NCBI GenBank assembly: GCA_964016885.1
Contig: OZ024741.1
Location: 41,044,001-41,108,000 of the forward strand
DNA from: Eledone cirrhosa
Taxonomy: Eukaryota
Direction: 5' to 3'
Length of the DNA: 64,000 nucleotides
Below, one piece after another: positions 52,709-64,000 of the stretch. The notes below the pieces were generated by a model. It searched no databases, was not told the DNA's origin, and worked only from the letters and a program-made list of their open reading frames with translations. Both the position numbers and the translations under genes were made by a program. Every line of letters starts with the position of its first letter. Within the stretch, counting starts at the first letter, position 1.

Positions 52709-52737
<29 letters not shown>

Positions 52738-52740
<3 letters not shown>

Positions 52741-53017
52741 GTATAGTGGTAGCTAAGGTGCTTCCGTAGGCGGTATGCCAAAATTAGCACTTGATATTCA
52801 TCAGAGTAGAGTGTAGATAGTATCAAGAAAACGAAAAATCAGTGATGCATCTGGACTTAGTTTATTTCGTGTTACAAATGTTTCGCCAGCATGTAGCTCA
52901 AGTCATGGTCCTTGTATGGATCTCGCTGATTCTACTTCTGCGGGTTCTTTCAGATACGTCTGTTATGTCCGGAGCAACTAAGTCCAGATGCATCACTGAT
53001 TTTTCGTTTTCTTGATA
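52738..53017. mobile_element. Diverged copy of the 57501-57990 non-coding family with terminal inversion
   Basis: Shares gaaaaatcagtgatgcatctggact and gcggtatgccaaaattagcac; 52978-53016 inverts 52821-52860. Confidence 0.8.
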
Positions 53018-53024
53018 ATATATT

Positions 53025-53055
<31 letters not shown>

Positions 53056-53449
53056 TTATATATATATACTATAAATAATATTTCATACACTTAAACATGT
53101 ATGTGCGACCATTGGTTTCTGGGTCCTGTTATGGCCACCACTGCATAGTGGAGGAGGCTCTTCCAACCTGGCAAGGGACCAAGTTGGAAGAGCCTCTTTG
53201 TATTTTTGTCTGCATGCCCAAGGGACCCCAGTTCTGTCAAAGACATGACAACCTCTCCTGTGCACTCGGTAGAATGTGAGACCATACATAAGCGAGACAG
53301 CAGATCACTGGCCTGTCTAAGAGATCAGAAGATCCCCCTTCAGTATTGACAAAGTTTATGTAGACCTGACCAACCCTATCTAGCAGTTAATATCTTGTCA
53401 GATATTAACTATTAAATTAAATACTTCCATACAAACATACATAAATAAT

Positions 53450-53892
53450 ATATGTAGGTAACACGGTAAAAAGTTCCCAGTCCACACTGTAAATGTGGTT
53501 GGTGTTAGGAAGGGGATCCAGCCGTAGAAAACCTGTCAGAATCAGTTCCCGTCCCACCCTTGCAAGCAGGGAAAAGCAGACGTAAAATGAAATGATGATG
53601 ATGAAAATGATGATATACACACATACATACAATATATACTGCCTAGCCCACATTGAAAAGTGGTCGTGTAGGTGTCATGACAAAAAGCACCTATTCCACA
53701 CTGTAAAGTGGTTATGTATGTGACATGGCAAAAAGCACCCAGCACACTCTGTAAATGTAGTTTGTGTTAGGAAGGGGATCCAGCAATGAAAACCAAACCA
53801 AAACTAGTCTTACCTGACTTGTCTCACAACAGGGTAACCCGCCAAACCGATGCTAGCGTGGAAAATGGATTTTGAATGATAATGATGATGAT
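53450..53892 (+). mobile_element. Two RTE-tail/SINE 3' fragments
   Basis: tgttaggaagggg.atccagc motif and (GAT)n tails. Confidence 0.7.
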
Positions 53893-54140
53893 ATATATAC
53901 ATACAAATAATCATACACACATAATATATATATATCGAAATAGCCAGAGTTCAGCCATCGGGGTCCTGACTCTTTTCTTATTACCCACTCTACTACCCTA
54001 AGTATTGAGTACTCTGGTGCATTATGGTCCACCTGGTATCTTACCACACCCTTTTTGTTATATATATATATAATCATCATCATTACTTCTTAACCATACA
54101 GCCATAACTATACAAACACACACACACACACACACACACA

Positions 54141-57100
54141 TATCATCATCATCATCATCATCACCGTTTTACGTCCGTTCTTCCACGCTAGCATGGGTTA
54201 GACGGGTTGTCCTGTTGTGGGCAGTGTCTGGTCGGCTGACCATGCCTTGCTCATACAGGAACTGATCTGGCTTGATTTCTACAGCTGGATGCCCTTCCTA
54301 ACACCAACCTCATTTACAGTGAGTGCTGGGTGCTTTTTCGTGGCGCCTACACGTCCACTTTACAGTGTGGGCTGGGTGCTTTTTTGCCGTGGCACCTCCA
54401 CGACCACCTTGCGGTGGGGGGGGGGGGGCATATTGTTTATATGCTTCAGCATGTACCCATGGGAGGTCGGGTACCCTGTATTACTGCGTGACGCCAGAAG
54501 TCACGGTCGTGTGTCATTGACTTTGAGAGGTGTAGTTGGGTAAGGTCGGCTTTTATCACCTCATCCCAAGTCATCTTGGGTCTCCCCACTCCGCGGTTTC
54601 CATCAACTTCTAGTGCTCTGCACCTTTTTATGCAGCTGTCATCCTTCATACGCATCACATGTCCATACCAGTGTAACCGCCTCTCCTGCACGCAGCATTT
54701 GATTCCTCTTATGCTCAGTCTCTCTCTCAATTCATTTATGCTTTGTCGTTCACGTATATTACTGTTACACATCCATCGGAGCATGCAGGCTTCGTTTCTC
54801 TCTAATCTACGTAAGTCTTCCACCTTCAGCGCCCAGGTCTCACTACCATGCAACATCGCTGTTCGGATACACGCATCATACAGTCTGCCTTTCATTCTGA
54901 GGGAGAAGCCTTTTGCAGCTAGCAGTGGTAGTAGTTCCCTAAACTTCTTCCATCCCGTTCTTACCCTAGTTATTGTACTTTCTGAGCACCCACCTCCGTT
55001 GCTAATTCGGTCACCTAGGTAGCAGAAGCTGTCTACTGTTTCTACAGGGCCCTCCCAGAGATTGGTGGTACTTGTTTCCTGTGGCTGTTTGCTTGCTGTT
55101 TCAGCACAGCTGCTGCATGTGAATCCTACATTCTTAATTAAGCTTCCTGAGATCCCGCTACATCTCTTGTGTACCCATTGTTTGCATTTGGGGCAAAGAA
55201 TGGAGTTCCTACCTACACCTTTCCTACATACTGAGCAAGGCCATTTCCCTGAGGGGATCTGGGTTCTGTTTTCTCGTCTACTTATAAGGACCTTAGTCTT
55301 TGTCATGTTGACTTTGAGGCCCTTTCTCTCTAGTCCCTGCTTCCAGGTTTGGAATTTATTCTCTAGTTCTACCATAGATTCAGCTATGAGTGCGAGGTCA
55401 TCAGCATACAGGAGTTCCCATGGGCATCCGGTCTTAAACTCCTCCGTTATTGCCTGCAGGACTATGATGAACAGGAGAGGGCTAAGAACAGAGCCCTGGT
55501 GGACCCCAACCTGTACGCTAAATTCCTCGCTATACTCATTGCCAATCCTAACTTTGCTGACTGCTCCCCTATACATGGCTTGTACCGCTTTCACAAGCCA
55601 TTCATCTACTCCTAGTTTTCTAAGAGCCCACCAGATTACTGCACGTGGAACTCTGTCAAAGGCTTTCTCAAGGTCGACAAATGCCAAGTAGAGTGGCTTA
55701 CTTTTAGCTAGGTACTTTTCCTGTAATTGCCTCACAAGGAAGAGCGCATCAGTGGTGCCTTTCCCTGGAACAAACCCAAATTGCATCTCGTCTATATTCA
55801 CCCGGTCCCTAATCAGCTGTGCTATAACTCTTTCTGTTACTTTCATGACCTGGTCCATCAACTTTATACCTCTATAGTTTCCTCTATCTAGTGCATCGCC
55901 TTTACCTTTGTAGCAGTTGACAATGATGCTACTGCACCAATCTTTTGGTATGGCCCCCTCTAGTATTACCTGGTTAACGATACGTGTGGTTATAGTGTGA
56001 CCTACAGACCCAGATGCCTTCAGCATCTCGGCAGCTATACCCGATGGACCGGTTGCCTTCCCTATCTTCATATCTCTGATTGCCTTACTTACTACGCTGC
56101 CGCTGACTTGTACTGCTGGTCCCTCTATAGGGTCTACGTGGGGTAGGGTCTCTTCTTCCCATGCATTCTCCTCATTTAGTAATCTATCATAATGACTCTT
56201 CCATGCATCTTTCTTCTCAGCACTTGTGAGGGCAAGCTCACCTTTATCATTCCGGATACACTTCTCTCCAATGACATCACAACTATCTCTGACACACTGC
56301 CTCGCAATCTTGAATACCTCCTGTTTCTGGTCCTCACGTTGTAAAACATGCTTGAATTTTCTATCCTCTGCTTCCCTCCTAGCTAAGTATACTTGTCGCC
56401 TAGCTTCCCTCTTGGTCTCTATGTAATGTACCCTGCTCCCCCCGTTCTTCCATTCTTTCCATGCCTGTCTCTTGGCCTTGACTGCTTCATCTACCTTATT
56501 GTTCCACCACCAAGTCACTCTCCTCCTGCTTGAGGTCTTACTCCAGCCACAAACCTCATCCGTCGCCTCTAGTAAGTTATTTTTTAGGAACTCCCAGTTC
56601 TCTTCTACGTTAAATGTCTCTATCTGTTCTTCTTTACTGTCGTAGGCGTTGAGTAAAATATCTTTAAATCTGTTACTGGTTGAGGGGACTTTCAGCTTCC
56701 AGATCTTTCTTCTCCAGGTTGGCCTCTGTTTCAGGGCTCGTCTAGTTCTGACCGTGAGGTCGCTGACAACTAAGCTATGTTGGGATGTACATTCCTCACT
56801 AGGGAAGGCTTTTGTGTTTACGACCGTCCATCTGTCACGTCCTCTGATGAGGATAAAATCTAACTGACTAGAGTGCTCCCCTGATCTATAGGTGATCAGG
56901 TGGTTGTCGGGTTTTTTAAAGTTTGTGTTACATATCGACATGTCATTGGCGTCGCAGAATTCTAGAAGTCTGAATCCTTCCTCATTCCTTGTGCCAACTC
57001 CATGGCCTCCATGTACTCTATTGAAGCCGTCGCAGTGTTTACCTACGTGTCCGTTAAAATCTCCTGCAATGATTAGGAAGTCCTTGTCGTCTGTTAGAGC

Positions 57101-57460
57101 AGTAGTGTGTATTAGGGACTCGTAAAACCTATCCTTAAGTTCGTCTGGCAGCCCCGATTGGGGTGCGTAAGCTGATATTATTGTGGTAATTGTCTTATTC
57201 AGGACTAGTCTGAGTTTAATGATTCTTGCATTTACCCTGTACACTGAGATTACTTTATCTACCCACTTGTCAGCTAATAGTATACCTACACCACCCATCC
57301 CATCGTCATTTCCCACCCAGAAAAATTTGTAGCACTGGCTTTTTCCTACAAGGACTCTAGCAGACCCTCCTCTCCATCTAGTCTCTTGCACACAGCATAC
57401 ATCAACTTCCTTTCGCTCTAGCATTTCTACGATTTCTCCTGCTCTTCCTTTCATTGAGCC
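54141..57460 (-). mobile_element. Near full-length RTE subfamily A LINE
   Basis: (GAT)n tail, 3' UTR, single 1002-aa ORF; truncated at (TA)n just inside the endonuclease N-terminus. Confidence 0.97.
54446..57454 (-). CDS. APE endonuclease - reverse transcriptase - PHD finger polyprotein (first residues missing)
   Basis: CVQETRW, SAYAPQ, GDFNGHVG, LDFIL, SQH (EN); FVDLEKAFD, QGSVLSP, YADD (RT); C4HC3 motif; no stops. Confidence 0.93.
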   Translation of the reverse strand: MKGRAGEIVEMLERKEVDVCCVQETRWRGGSARVLVGKSQCYKFFWVGNDDGMGGVGILLADKWVDKVISVYRVNARIIKLRLVLNKTITTIISAYAPQSGLPDELKDRFYESLIHTTALTDDKDFLIIAGDFNGHVGKHCDGFNRVHGGHGVGTRNEEGFRLLEFCDANDMSICNTNFKKPDNHLITYRSGEHSSQLDFILIRGRDRWTVVNTKAFPSEECTSQHSLVVSDLTVRTRRALKQRPTWRRKIWKLKVPSTSNRFKDILLNAYDSKEEQIETFNVEENWEFLKNNLLEATDEVCGWSKTSSRRRVTWWWNNKVDEAVKAKRQAWKEWKNGGSRVHYIETKREARRQVYLARREAEDRKFKHVLQREDQKQEVFKIARQCVRDSCDVIGEKCIRNDKGELALTSAEKKDAWKSHYDRLLNEENAWEEETLPHVDPIEGPAVQVSGSVVSKAIRDMKIGKATGPSGIAAEMLKASGSVGHTITTRIVNQVILEGAIPKDWCSSIIVNCYKGKGDALDRGNYRGIKLMDQVMKVTERVIAQLIRDRVNIDEMQFGFVPGKGTTDALFLVRQLQEKYLAKSKPLYLAFVDLEKAFDRVPRAVIWWALRKLGVDEWLVKAVQAMYRGAVSKVRIGNEYSEEFSVQVGVHQGSVLSPLLFIIVLQAITEEFKTGCPWELLYADDLALIAESMVELENKFQTWKQGLERKGLKVNMTKTKVLISRRENRTQIPSGKWPCSVCRKGVGRNSILCPKCKQWVHKRCSGISGSLIKNVGFTCSSCAETASKQPQETSTTNLWEGPVETVDSFCYLGDRISNGGGCSESTITRVRTGWKKFRELLPLLAAKGFSLRMKGRLYDACIRTAMLHGSETWALKVEDLRRLERNEACMLRWMCNSNIRERQSINELRERLSIRGIKCCVQERRLHWYGHVMRMKDDSCIKRCRALEVDGNRGVGRPKMTWDEVIKADLTQLHLSKSMTHDRDFWRHAVIQGTRPPMGTC

Positions 57461-57500
57461 TATATATATTCATTGAGCCTATATATATATATATATATAT

Positions 57501-57990
57501 ATAGTATAAAAAACCGAAAAATCAGTGATGCATCTGGACTCAATTTATTGAGTGTTACAATTGTTTCGCCGGCAGGTAGCTCGAGACATGATCACTGTAT
57601 GGATCTGGCTGATTCTACGGCTGCAGGTTCCTTCGGACACGGGCAGTTCGTTTGGAGCAAATTTTCTCACACTGGCTGATTCTACGGCTGCAGGTTCCTT
57701 CGGACACGGGCAGTTTATTTGGAGCAAATTTTCTCACAGTGAGAAAATTTGCTCCGAACGAACTGCCCGTGTCCGAAGGAACCTGCAGCCGTAGAATCAG
57801 CCAGATCCATACAGTGATCATGTCTCGAGCTACCTGCCGGCGAAACAATTGTAACACTCAATAAATTGAGTCCAGGTGCATCACTGATTTTTAGTTTTTT
57901 TATACTATCCACACTCTGCTCTGTATGAATATTGAGTGCTAATTTTGGCATACCGCCTATGGAAGCACCATAGCTACCATTATACACACG
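57501..57990. mobile_element. Non-coding foldback unit (PLE-pLTR-like) with an internal ~68-bp tandem duplication
   Basis: 57501-57669 is the reverse complement of 57739-57908; 57672-57737 duplicates 57605-57669. Confidence 0.85.
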
Positions 57991-58199
57991 TATATATATA
58001 TATATATATGTGTGTAAAACTAATTCTTCTTCATGTAGAATATGATATAGTTGTTTAGAGGATAACAAGAAGAGGAATAATTTAACATTAAAAGAACTAT
58101 AGATGTCAAACATAGATGGAAGCTAAAATATTTCTACATGGAAACTGATAACATATTAACTATTAAATAAAATACTTTCAACATGCACACATTATTAAA

Positions 58200-58207
58200 T
58201 GCACTAC

Positions 58208-58249
<42 letters not shown>

Positions 58250-58530
58250 ATATGTGTGTATGTGTGTATGTATGTGTTAGTGAGTCTGTGTTGGTGTGTG
58301 TGTGTGTATGTGTGCATGCATGTGTGTGTCTGCCTGTGCATGTGTGTATGTCGGTGTGTCTCTGTGTGTGTGTGTCTTTGTGCATGTATGTGTGTGCGTG
58401 TGCATGTCTGTGTGTGTGAGTGTGTCTCAATGTGTGAGTGTGTGCGTGTCTGTGTTTGTGTGTGTGTGTCTGTGCATGTCTCAATGGGTGACTGTGTGCA
58501 TGTCTGTGTGTGAGTGTGTGTGTGCACATG
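58200..58530. repeat. (TG)n-rich low-complexity repeat
   Basis: Direct. Confidence 0.9.
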
Positions 58531-58905
58531 CAGAAAAGGGTAGATGGAATTTTACAGGGAATGTTTAAATGTGCTTTTAAGAAATTAGCAATTCTAGAAG
58601 TTGCCAAAATATTCATTATTCTTTTATAATTTGGCAGAGAACCAATATATTTGGGTAGTAAATGTACAGTTTTCTTAAGTAACTCCCAGAATATGACTGT
58701 TACTTATTTAACTAACCCTAGTAAGGTCCACCATCAAAATTGATGCTACCAAGTTCCTGGCACATGCTACTAAATCTTGAATCAATCTTGGAGTCTTAAT
58801 AACCTAATGAAGTAATACCTAAAATTATACTGTTGTGGAACTTTTCAAAATCTGTTCCAAGCATAGATGCTCATCAGGCCAGACTGTATCCTAGTTTTGT
58901 TGATA

Positions 58906-59088
58906 TTAACCCTTTCTGTTCAAGCTGGCTGTAACTGGCCACTCATACTGACGTTAAGGTATTGTTCTCGAAATAAATAATATCAAAATCTCATAGATTC
59001 AGTATTATGTGAAATAATTATGTGAGTTAAAGCCTTTACCATAAAAATATAATAGTAAATATAGAGTAATGTAAATGCTAAAGGGTTA
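58906..59088. mobile_element. piggyBac-type MITE copy (partial duplicate at 59185-59233)
   Basis: ttaaccctt...gtaaatgctaaagggttaa; reverse of the 20034 copy. Confidence 0.8.
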
Positions 59089-59627
59089 ATAAAGAGAACA
59101 CACTTTTGTGAAATCCCTTGGAATTCATATTTTCATAATTCATTGAAACACATAGGCAGTGTATTTCATTAGAACTGTGGCATTTACTGTGAAAATATAA
59201 TAGTAAATATAGAGTAATGTAAATGAAGGGTTTAGGGACTTTGAGTACAAGACTTTCCCCATTCGACAGGAGGTTAATCTGTCATAATGCTTGTCCCTTG
59301 CTACTGCTGGTACTAATTCTTTTCCAAGCAGAATGTACTGAAGCACTGTAAAATAAATTGTCATTCTAATGAACCCAATACTCCACTTATTCTGGGAATT
59401 GCTTTCATGACCATACAATGGTGAGCCCAATATTCTAAACCTGTAACTATATTTTACAAACAGTCCCCAGATCCCACTAATTTTAATAGAACAATAAATT
59501 GAATTTTAAAATAATGCTATAGATAAAATACACACACACACACACATATATATCCCAAGCTGATAGATATCGAGATAGTTGTAATATGAAATAAAGTTTC
59601 ATAACAAGCTGCAAATCTGACTTCTTA

Positions 59628-59689
<62 letters not shown>

Positions 59690-59691
<2 letters not shown>

Positions 59692-60047
59692 TTGGGGAGG
59701 GTCCTATTTGTGTAATATTGCCAGAATTAATCACAGAACACACTCACTGTTTGGTTGGTTTGCGCTTCTCGCTTCTGTGTCTTTTATATCGGTAATCTAA
59801 CTTACTCGGTCCTCAATGTTGCCATTGACTGACCGATGGTCAAAAATAATACAGATACAATATAGACATTGAGGACCGAGTAAGTTAGATTACCGATATA
59901 AAAGACACAGAAGTGAGAAGCGAAAACCAACCAAACAGTGAGTGTCTTCTGTTATTAATTCTGGCAATATTACACAAATATGACCCTCCCCAAGTATAAC
60001 AATATTTGTTTTGACACACGATTTCATATAAAAAACCTCGCAAAACT
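59690..60047. mobile_element. Two inverted terminal pLTR fragments of the 2500-5481 Penelope family
   Basis: 59690-59866 matches 2565-2740; 59867-60047 is the opposite orientation. Confidence 0.9.
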
Positions 60048-60052
60048 ATATA

Positions 60053-60093
<41 letters not shown>

Positions 60094-60193
60094 ATAATAT
60101 TAATAAATGGAAACTATCTTTTGCTATTCAAACAGAACTTAAAACGATAGGTTCTTGTTCTTGAATATGTCATTATCTATAAAACAACTTTTG

Positions 60194-60256
60194 TATTTTA
60201 TCTGATGAGAGCGTACCAAAAGATTTTGGTACCCTTGAAATATATATAATCAAATA
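60194..60256 (+). ncRNA. Type I hammerhead ribozyme motif in non-coding unit 60090-60560
   Basis: UAUUUUAU-CUGAUGA-GAGCGUACCAAAA(GA)UUUUGGUACCCUU-GAAA-UAUAUA-UA-AUCAAAUA. Confidence 0.8.
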
Positions 60257-60383
60257 TGGTTTTATAAAGATAGTTTCCATTTATTAATATTATTGATATT
60301 ATACCCCAGAAGAATCGTGTAGAGTGCTTCGAATCTGTTATAAATAAATTTGTTGAATTACCAACAAATTAAATAACTCTTTG

Positions 60384-60479
<96 letters not shown>

Positions 60480-60584
60480 CAAAGAGATATTTAATTTGTT
60501 GGTAATTCAACAAATTTATTTATAACAGATTTGAAGCACTCAACAGTTTACCTGGAGTATAATATCAATGATATATATATATAT

Positions 60585-60695
<111 letters not shown>

Positions 60696-60718
60696 CATAC
60701 ATATACATATACATACAA

Positions 60719-60757
<39 letters not shown>

Positions 60758-61196
60758 TATATAAACAGAATACATTTTTATTAAATTCTTATATATTTCA
60801 GAAACCACTTTTCTTGTTCTTTCCTGTCACATTTTAGTATTTGTAGTAGGAATGGCAGTGGTAGTAGTAGTATTTCATAATACTTTGTAAGTATTGATTT
60901 CATCTTGTATATTATATAATATATATTTTTACTTCTTTCTTTTCCTTTCCCTACTCTAAGATGGAATTATACAGTAAGATCATAGGAAGGAAAACCACTG
61001 AAAACTAACCACAAATTAGGAAATTTAGCACAGTTTCTTATATAATCTTGCTATAATTTCTCAAATAATCACATTCTGTAATGTATGACTTTGATCTTGC
61101 AAAGATGGTAAGCATTTGAGTATCTTATGTTATCAGACGAACAATCATTAATCTGTCATCTTACAAGACACTTCATCATTCTACTAATTGGTTTCT

Positions 61197-61281
61197 GTGA
61201 TGATGATGATGGTGGTGGCAGCGATGGTGGTGGTGGCGGCAGTGGCAGTTGTGGTGATGATGATGATGGTGGTGGCGGCGG

Positions 61282-61318
<37 letters not shown>
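61197..61318. repeat. (GAT/GGT/GGC)n trinucleotide repeat
   Basis: Direct. Confidence 0.9.
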
Positions 61319-61319
<1 letters not shown>

Positions 61320-62568
61320 CACCCACCACAGATCATACATGGTTTATAGAAAGGTAAATGGATCTCCATCAGTTTCGTGGATGAGTGGTCCAGTTGTTCA
61401 AAAGACAAACAGAACAGCCTACTTAGGAAATTACTCTTGTGATAGTCACCTCAAAGGTGAAAATATTTTAGAATTTGAAGTTGGTGAAAATCAGAAAAAT
61501 ATTGATCTTACTTTACCATTGATTATTTTTGTCAAATATTTCTCGACTGGCTTGGAGTGGGTTGGTATCAAAAAGACTAAATGACATACACTGGAGACTT
61601 CTGTTGGTTTAGATCAGGGTTTCCAACTTTTTTGGCATCATCACCCACTTTCACATGGAACAATGTTTCACCACTCACCTGTATAGTATTTATTCAAAAG
61701 CATACTAAATTGTTTGGTAAAAGTTTGTTACTGGTTCATTGTTTCCATTTAGCCTCCTGTTGTTCTTTTTTTAAATACAGGTTTTTTTTGGTGGGTAGCA
61801 TATGTTGAAATGCCTTCTTAATACTCAAAATCCTATATCCTCCACCAAAATTTCCAATTGTCCACCATTTTCTGTTCAGTTGCTCATTGCTCACCGAACA
61901 GTTGAAATCACCCAGGTTAGGAAACCCTGCTTTAGATGATGAGTGATCCACTTATTTGATTATTGAAACAGCCTACTCATGATCTGAGAAAGTATTAAGT
62001 CTTTGTCCATCTTAGAAGAGTCATGTGTCATCCTTCATCACCCTATTTACTCATTGGTTTCAGTGATAAATCTTCATACAGCACAAATCACTAAATAGTT
62101 TATAAAAAGTAAATGGACCTGTTGGTTTCAACAGTTGGTGTTCCAGTTGTTTCATCAATGGAATGGCCTCCTGCTTGTGAATTTAATATACAAGTGATTG
62201 AGCATTCCACAAACAGTTGAACCCATAATGTAATTCTCACAGAGCTCCAGAAATTGTCCACATAGCCTTGAGGATGCATAGAATCCAGTTAAAGAACAAC
62301 TGCTCCATATTAATAAAACTATACATTGTACACCTAGCTATATAGTACACCTGGTTTCACATATTTTTAAGCTAATAAACAGCAAATATTGTCTCATACT
62401 ATACATTATGCAGTTCACATTAAGGTAAATAGATAGATAGGTATGGAAGTGGTTAGATAAATGTGAAAGAAGAAAATATGGCAATACTTGAAACAGAAAT
62501 AGTCAGTTAAATAGCTTTCTATCTACATAGATACATTTGGGACTTACACTACCATCCTCACCATCACA

Positions 62569-62782
62569 ACCCTTTAGCATTGAAACTGGCCAGAATTCTA
62601 TCACCTCTTTCTGTTCAAACCGGCTTTAACTGGCCACTCATACTGATGTTAAGGTATTGTTCTCAAAATAAATAAAATAAAAATCTCATGATTCAATATT
62701 ATGTGAGATAATTATGTGAAGTAAAGTCTTTAGTGTGAAAATATAATAGTAAATATAGAATTATGTAAATAGTAAAAGGTTA
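62569..62782. mobile_element. Degenerate piggyBac-type MITE copy
   Basis: accctttagcatt...tgtaaatagtaaaaggtta with the family body. Confidence 0.75.
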
Positions 62783-63489
62783 TAGGGAACAATGTGTATA
62801 TATACTTGGATACATACTACATGCATGTGGGTGAGAGAGAGAGAGATGCTGAGGGATGGAAAGAGTGGGATATATATATATATATAAATATCATTCTTTT
62901 CCATTTATATATATATACAGAGAGAGAGAGATACTGAGGGATGGAAAGAGTGGGAGAGATTGAGAAGGATACAAAGAGCGAGAGAGAGAACTAATAGTTT
63001 CTTTTCAGAAACAATTGCACTTTCAGGCCTTTTTTTTTCATTATATCCATGACTTAAACTGGAGAGTTCTGTTTAAAGTACACACATCACAACAACAACA
63101 ACAATAATAATAAAGACAGTGAATGATATATGACATGATTCAAATATCAAAGGTTACTACTGGCAATGTTGGATTTTATTTCAACAGGTTGGAGTCAGTT
63201 TCTTTATATCTAAGACATAGATTCTTTCTCCTTCAGTAGAAACTGTTGAAATAAAATTTTGGCATCGTGAAAAGTGAAAAAAAAAAAAAAAAAAAAGAAT
63301 TTGAAAAAATTCTTGTTCTTACAGATTTCTTTGGTTAAGAAAAGAAAAGTGAAGAAAAAATATAAAAAAAATCATATTTAGTTAGTCATGCAGAATTTCC
63401 ACTTGATTAAAAACAAATTATATCATCACCATCATCATAATGAATTTGTAACTATAGTTGTAATTTCTACTGTATGCTCAACACCAGCA

Positions 63490-63905
63490 CTTTTTGGAGG
63501 GGAGGGAAAGTCGATTAAATTAACCTCAGTGCATTACAGGTACTTTATTTTATCGACCCTGTTAGGATGAAAAGCAAATTACTACCTCGGCGAGATTTGA
63601 ACTCAGAATCTAAAGGGACATAACTATGTCACAAATCCTGATGTCCGACACTCTACCAATACTGCCAATACCCTATCTATAGTAATAAGATTCTTTTCTA
63701 ACAGAAGTGAAAGGCCAGAAATTTGAGAACAAGAAGTAATGAAAAGAGATTGACACCAGTATTTGACTGGTACTATATTTTATTGAAACTAGAAGGGTGA
63801 AAAGCTAAGCTGACCTCAGCATGATTTGAACTCAGAATATAAAGAACCTGAAAAAATACCTCAAAGGATTTTCTTTGAGTTTTTGACAATTCTGCCAATT
63901 CACAT
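63490..63905 (-). mobile_element. Two degenerate Meta-like SINEs
   Basis: gtactttattttatcgaccc...gatttgaactcagaat. Confidence 0.75.
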
Positions 63906-64000
63906 GATCATAATAAAATGAAATTTCTAATATAAGTACAAAGCCAGAAATTTTTTGTTGTGTAGGAGAGAAATGGAAGGAGCTTAATTGATGAAATTGA

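Noticed and set aside
54576-57125. Plus-strand ORFs overlapping the RTE (also at 30472, 30958, 51417, 51831)
   Set aside because: Antisense shadows of the RT ORF with no recognisable motifs.
61330-61457. Possible plus-strand exon SYMVYRKVNGSPSVSWMSGP...
   Set aside because: No polypyrimidine tract, weak donor, no recognisable homology.

Overview
Repeat-dominated animal genomic DNA, probably intronic or intergenic. The SINE repertoire looks octopus/cephalopod-like (inference). No complete host gene is visible, only one or two candidate exons. Contents: (TA)n/(CA)n microsatellites; three satellites (40, 32 and ~88 bp units); many tRNA-derived SINEs; RTE LINEs, including a near full-length 1002-aa EN-RT ORF with a PHD finger inserted after the RT core; CR1-type and R4/Dong-type LINE fragments; Penelope-like elements (PLEs); a DD37D (maT) mariner relic; and a piggyBac-type MITE family. 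The most notable unannotated signal is non-coding. At least 11 type I hammerhead ribozyme motifs from several sequence families lie in PLE pseudo-LTRs and in short ORF-less units inserted in (TA)n tracts as tandem or inverted copies. One is a 472-nt head-to-tail monomer that looks like a non-LTR retrozyme. All calls were made by eye; boundaries are approximate unless a motif is quoted.
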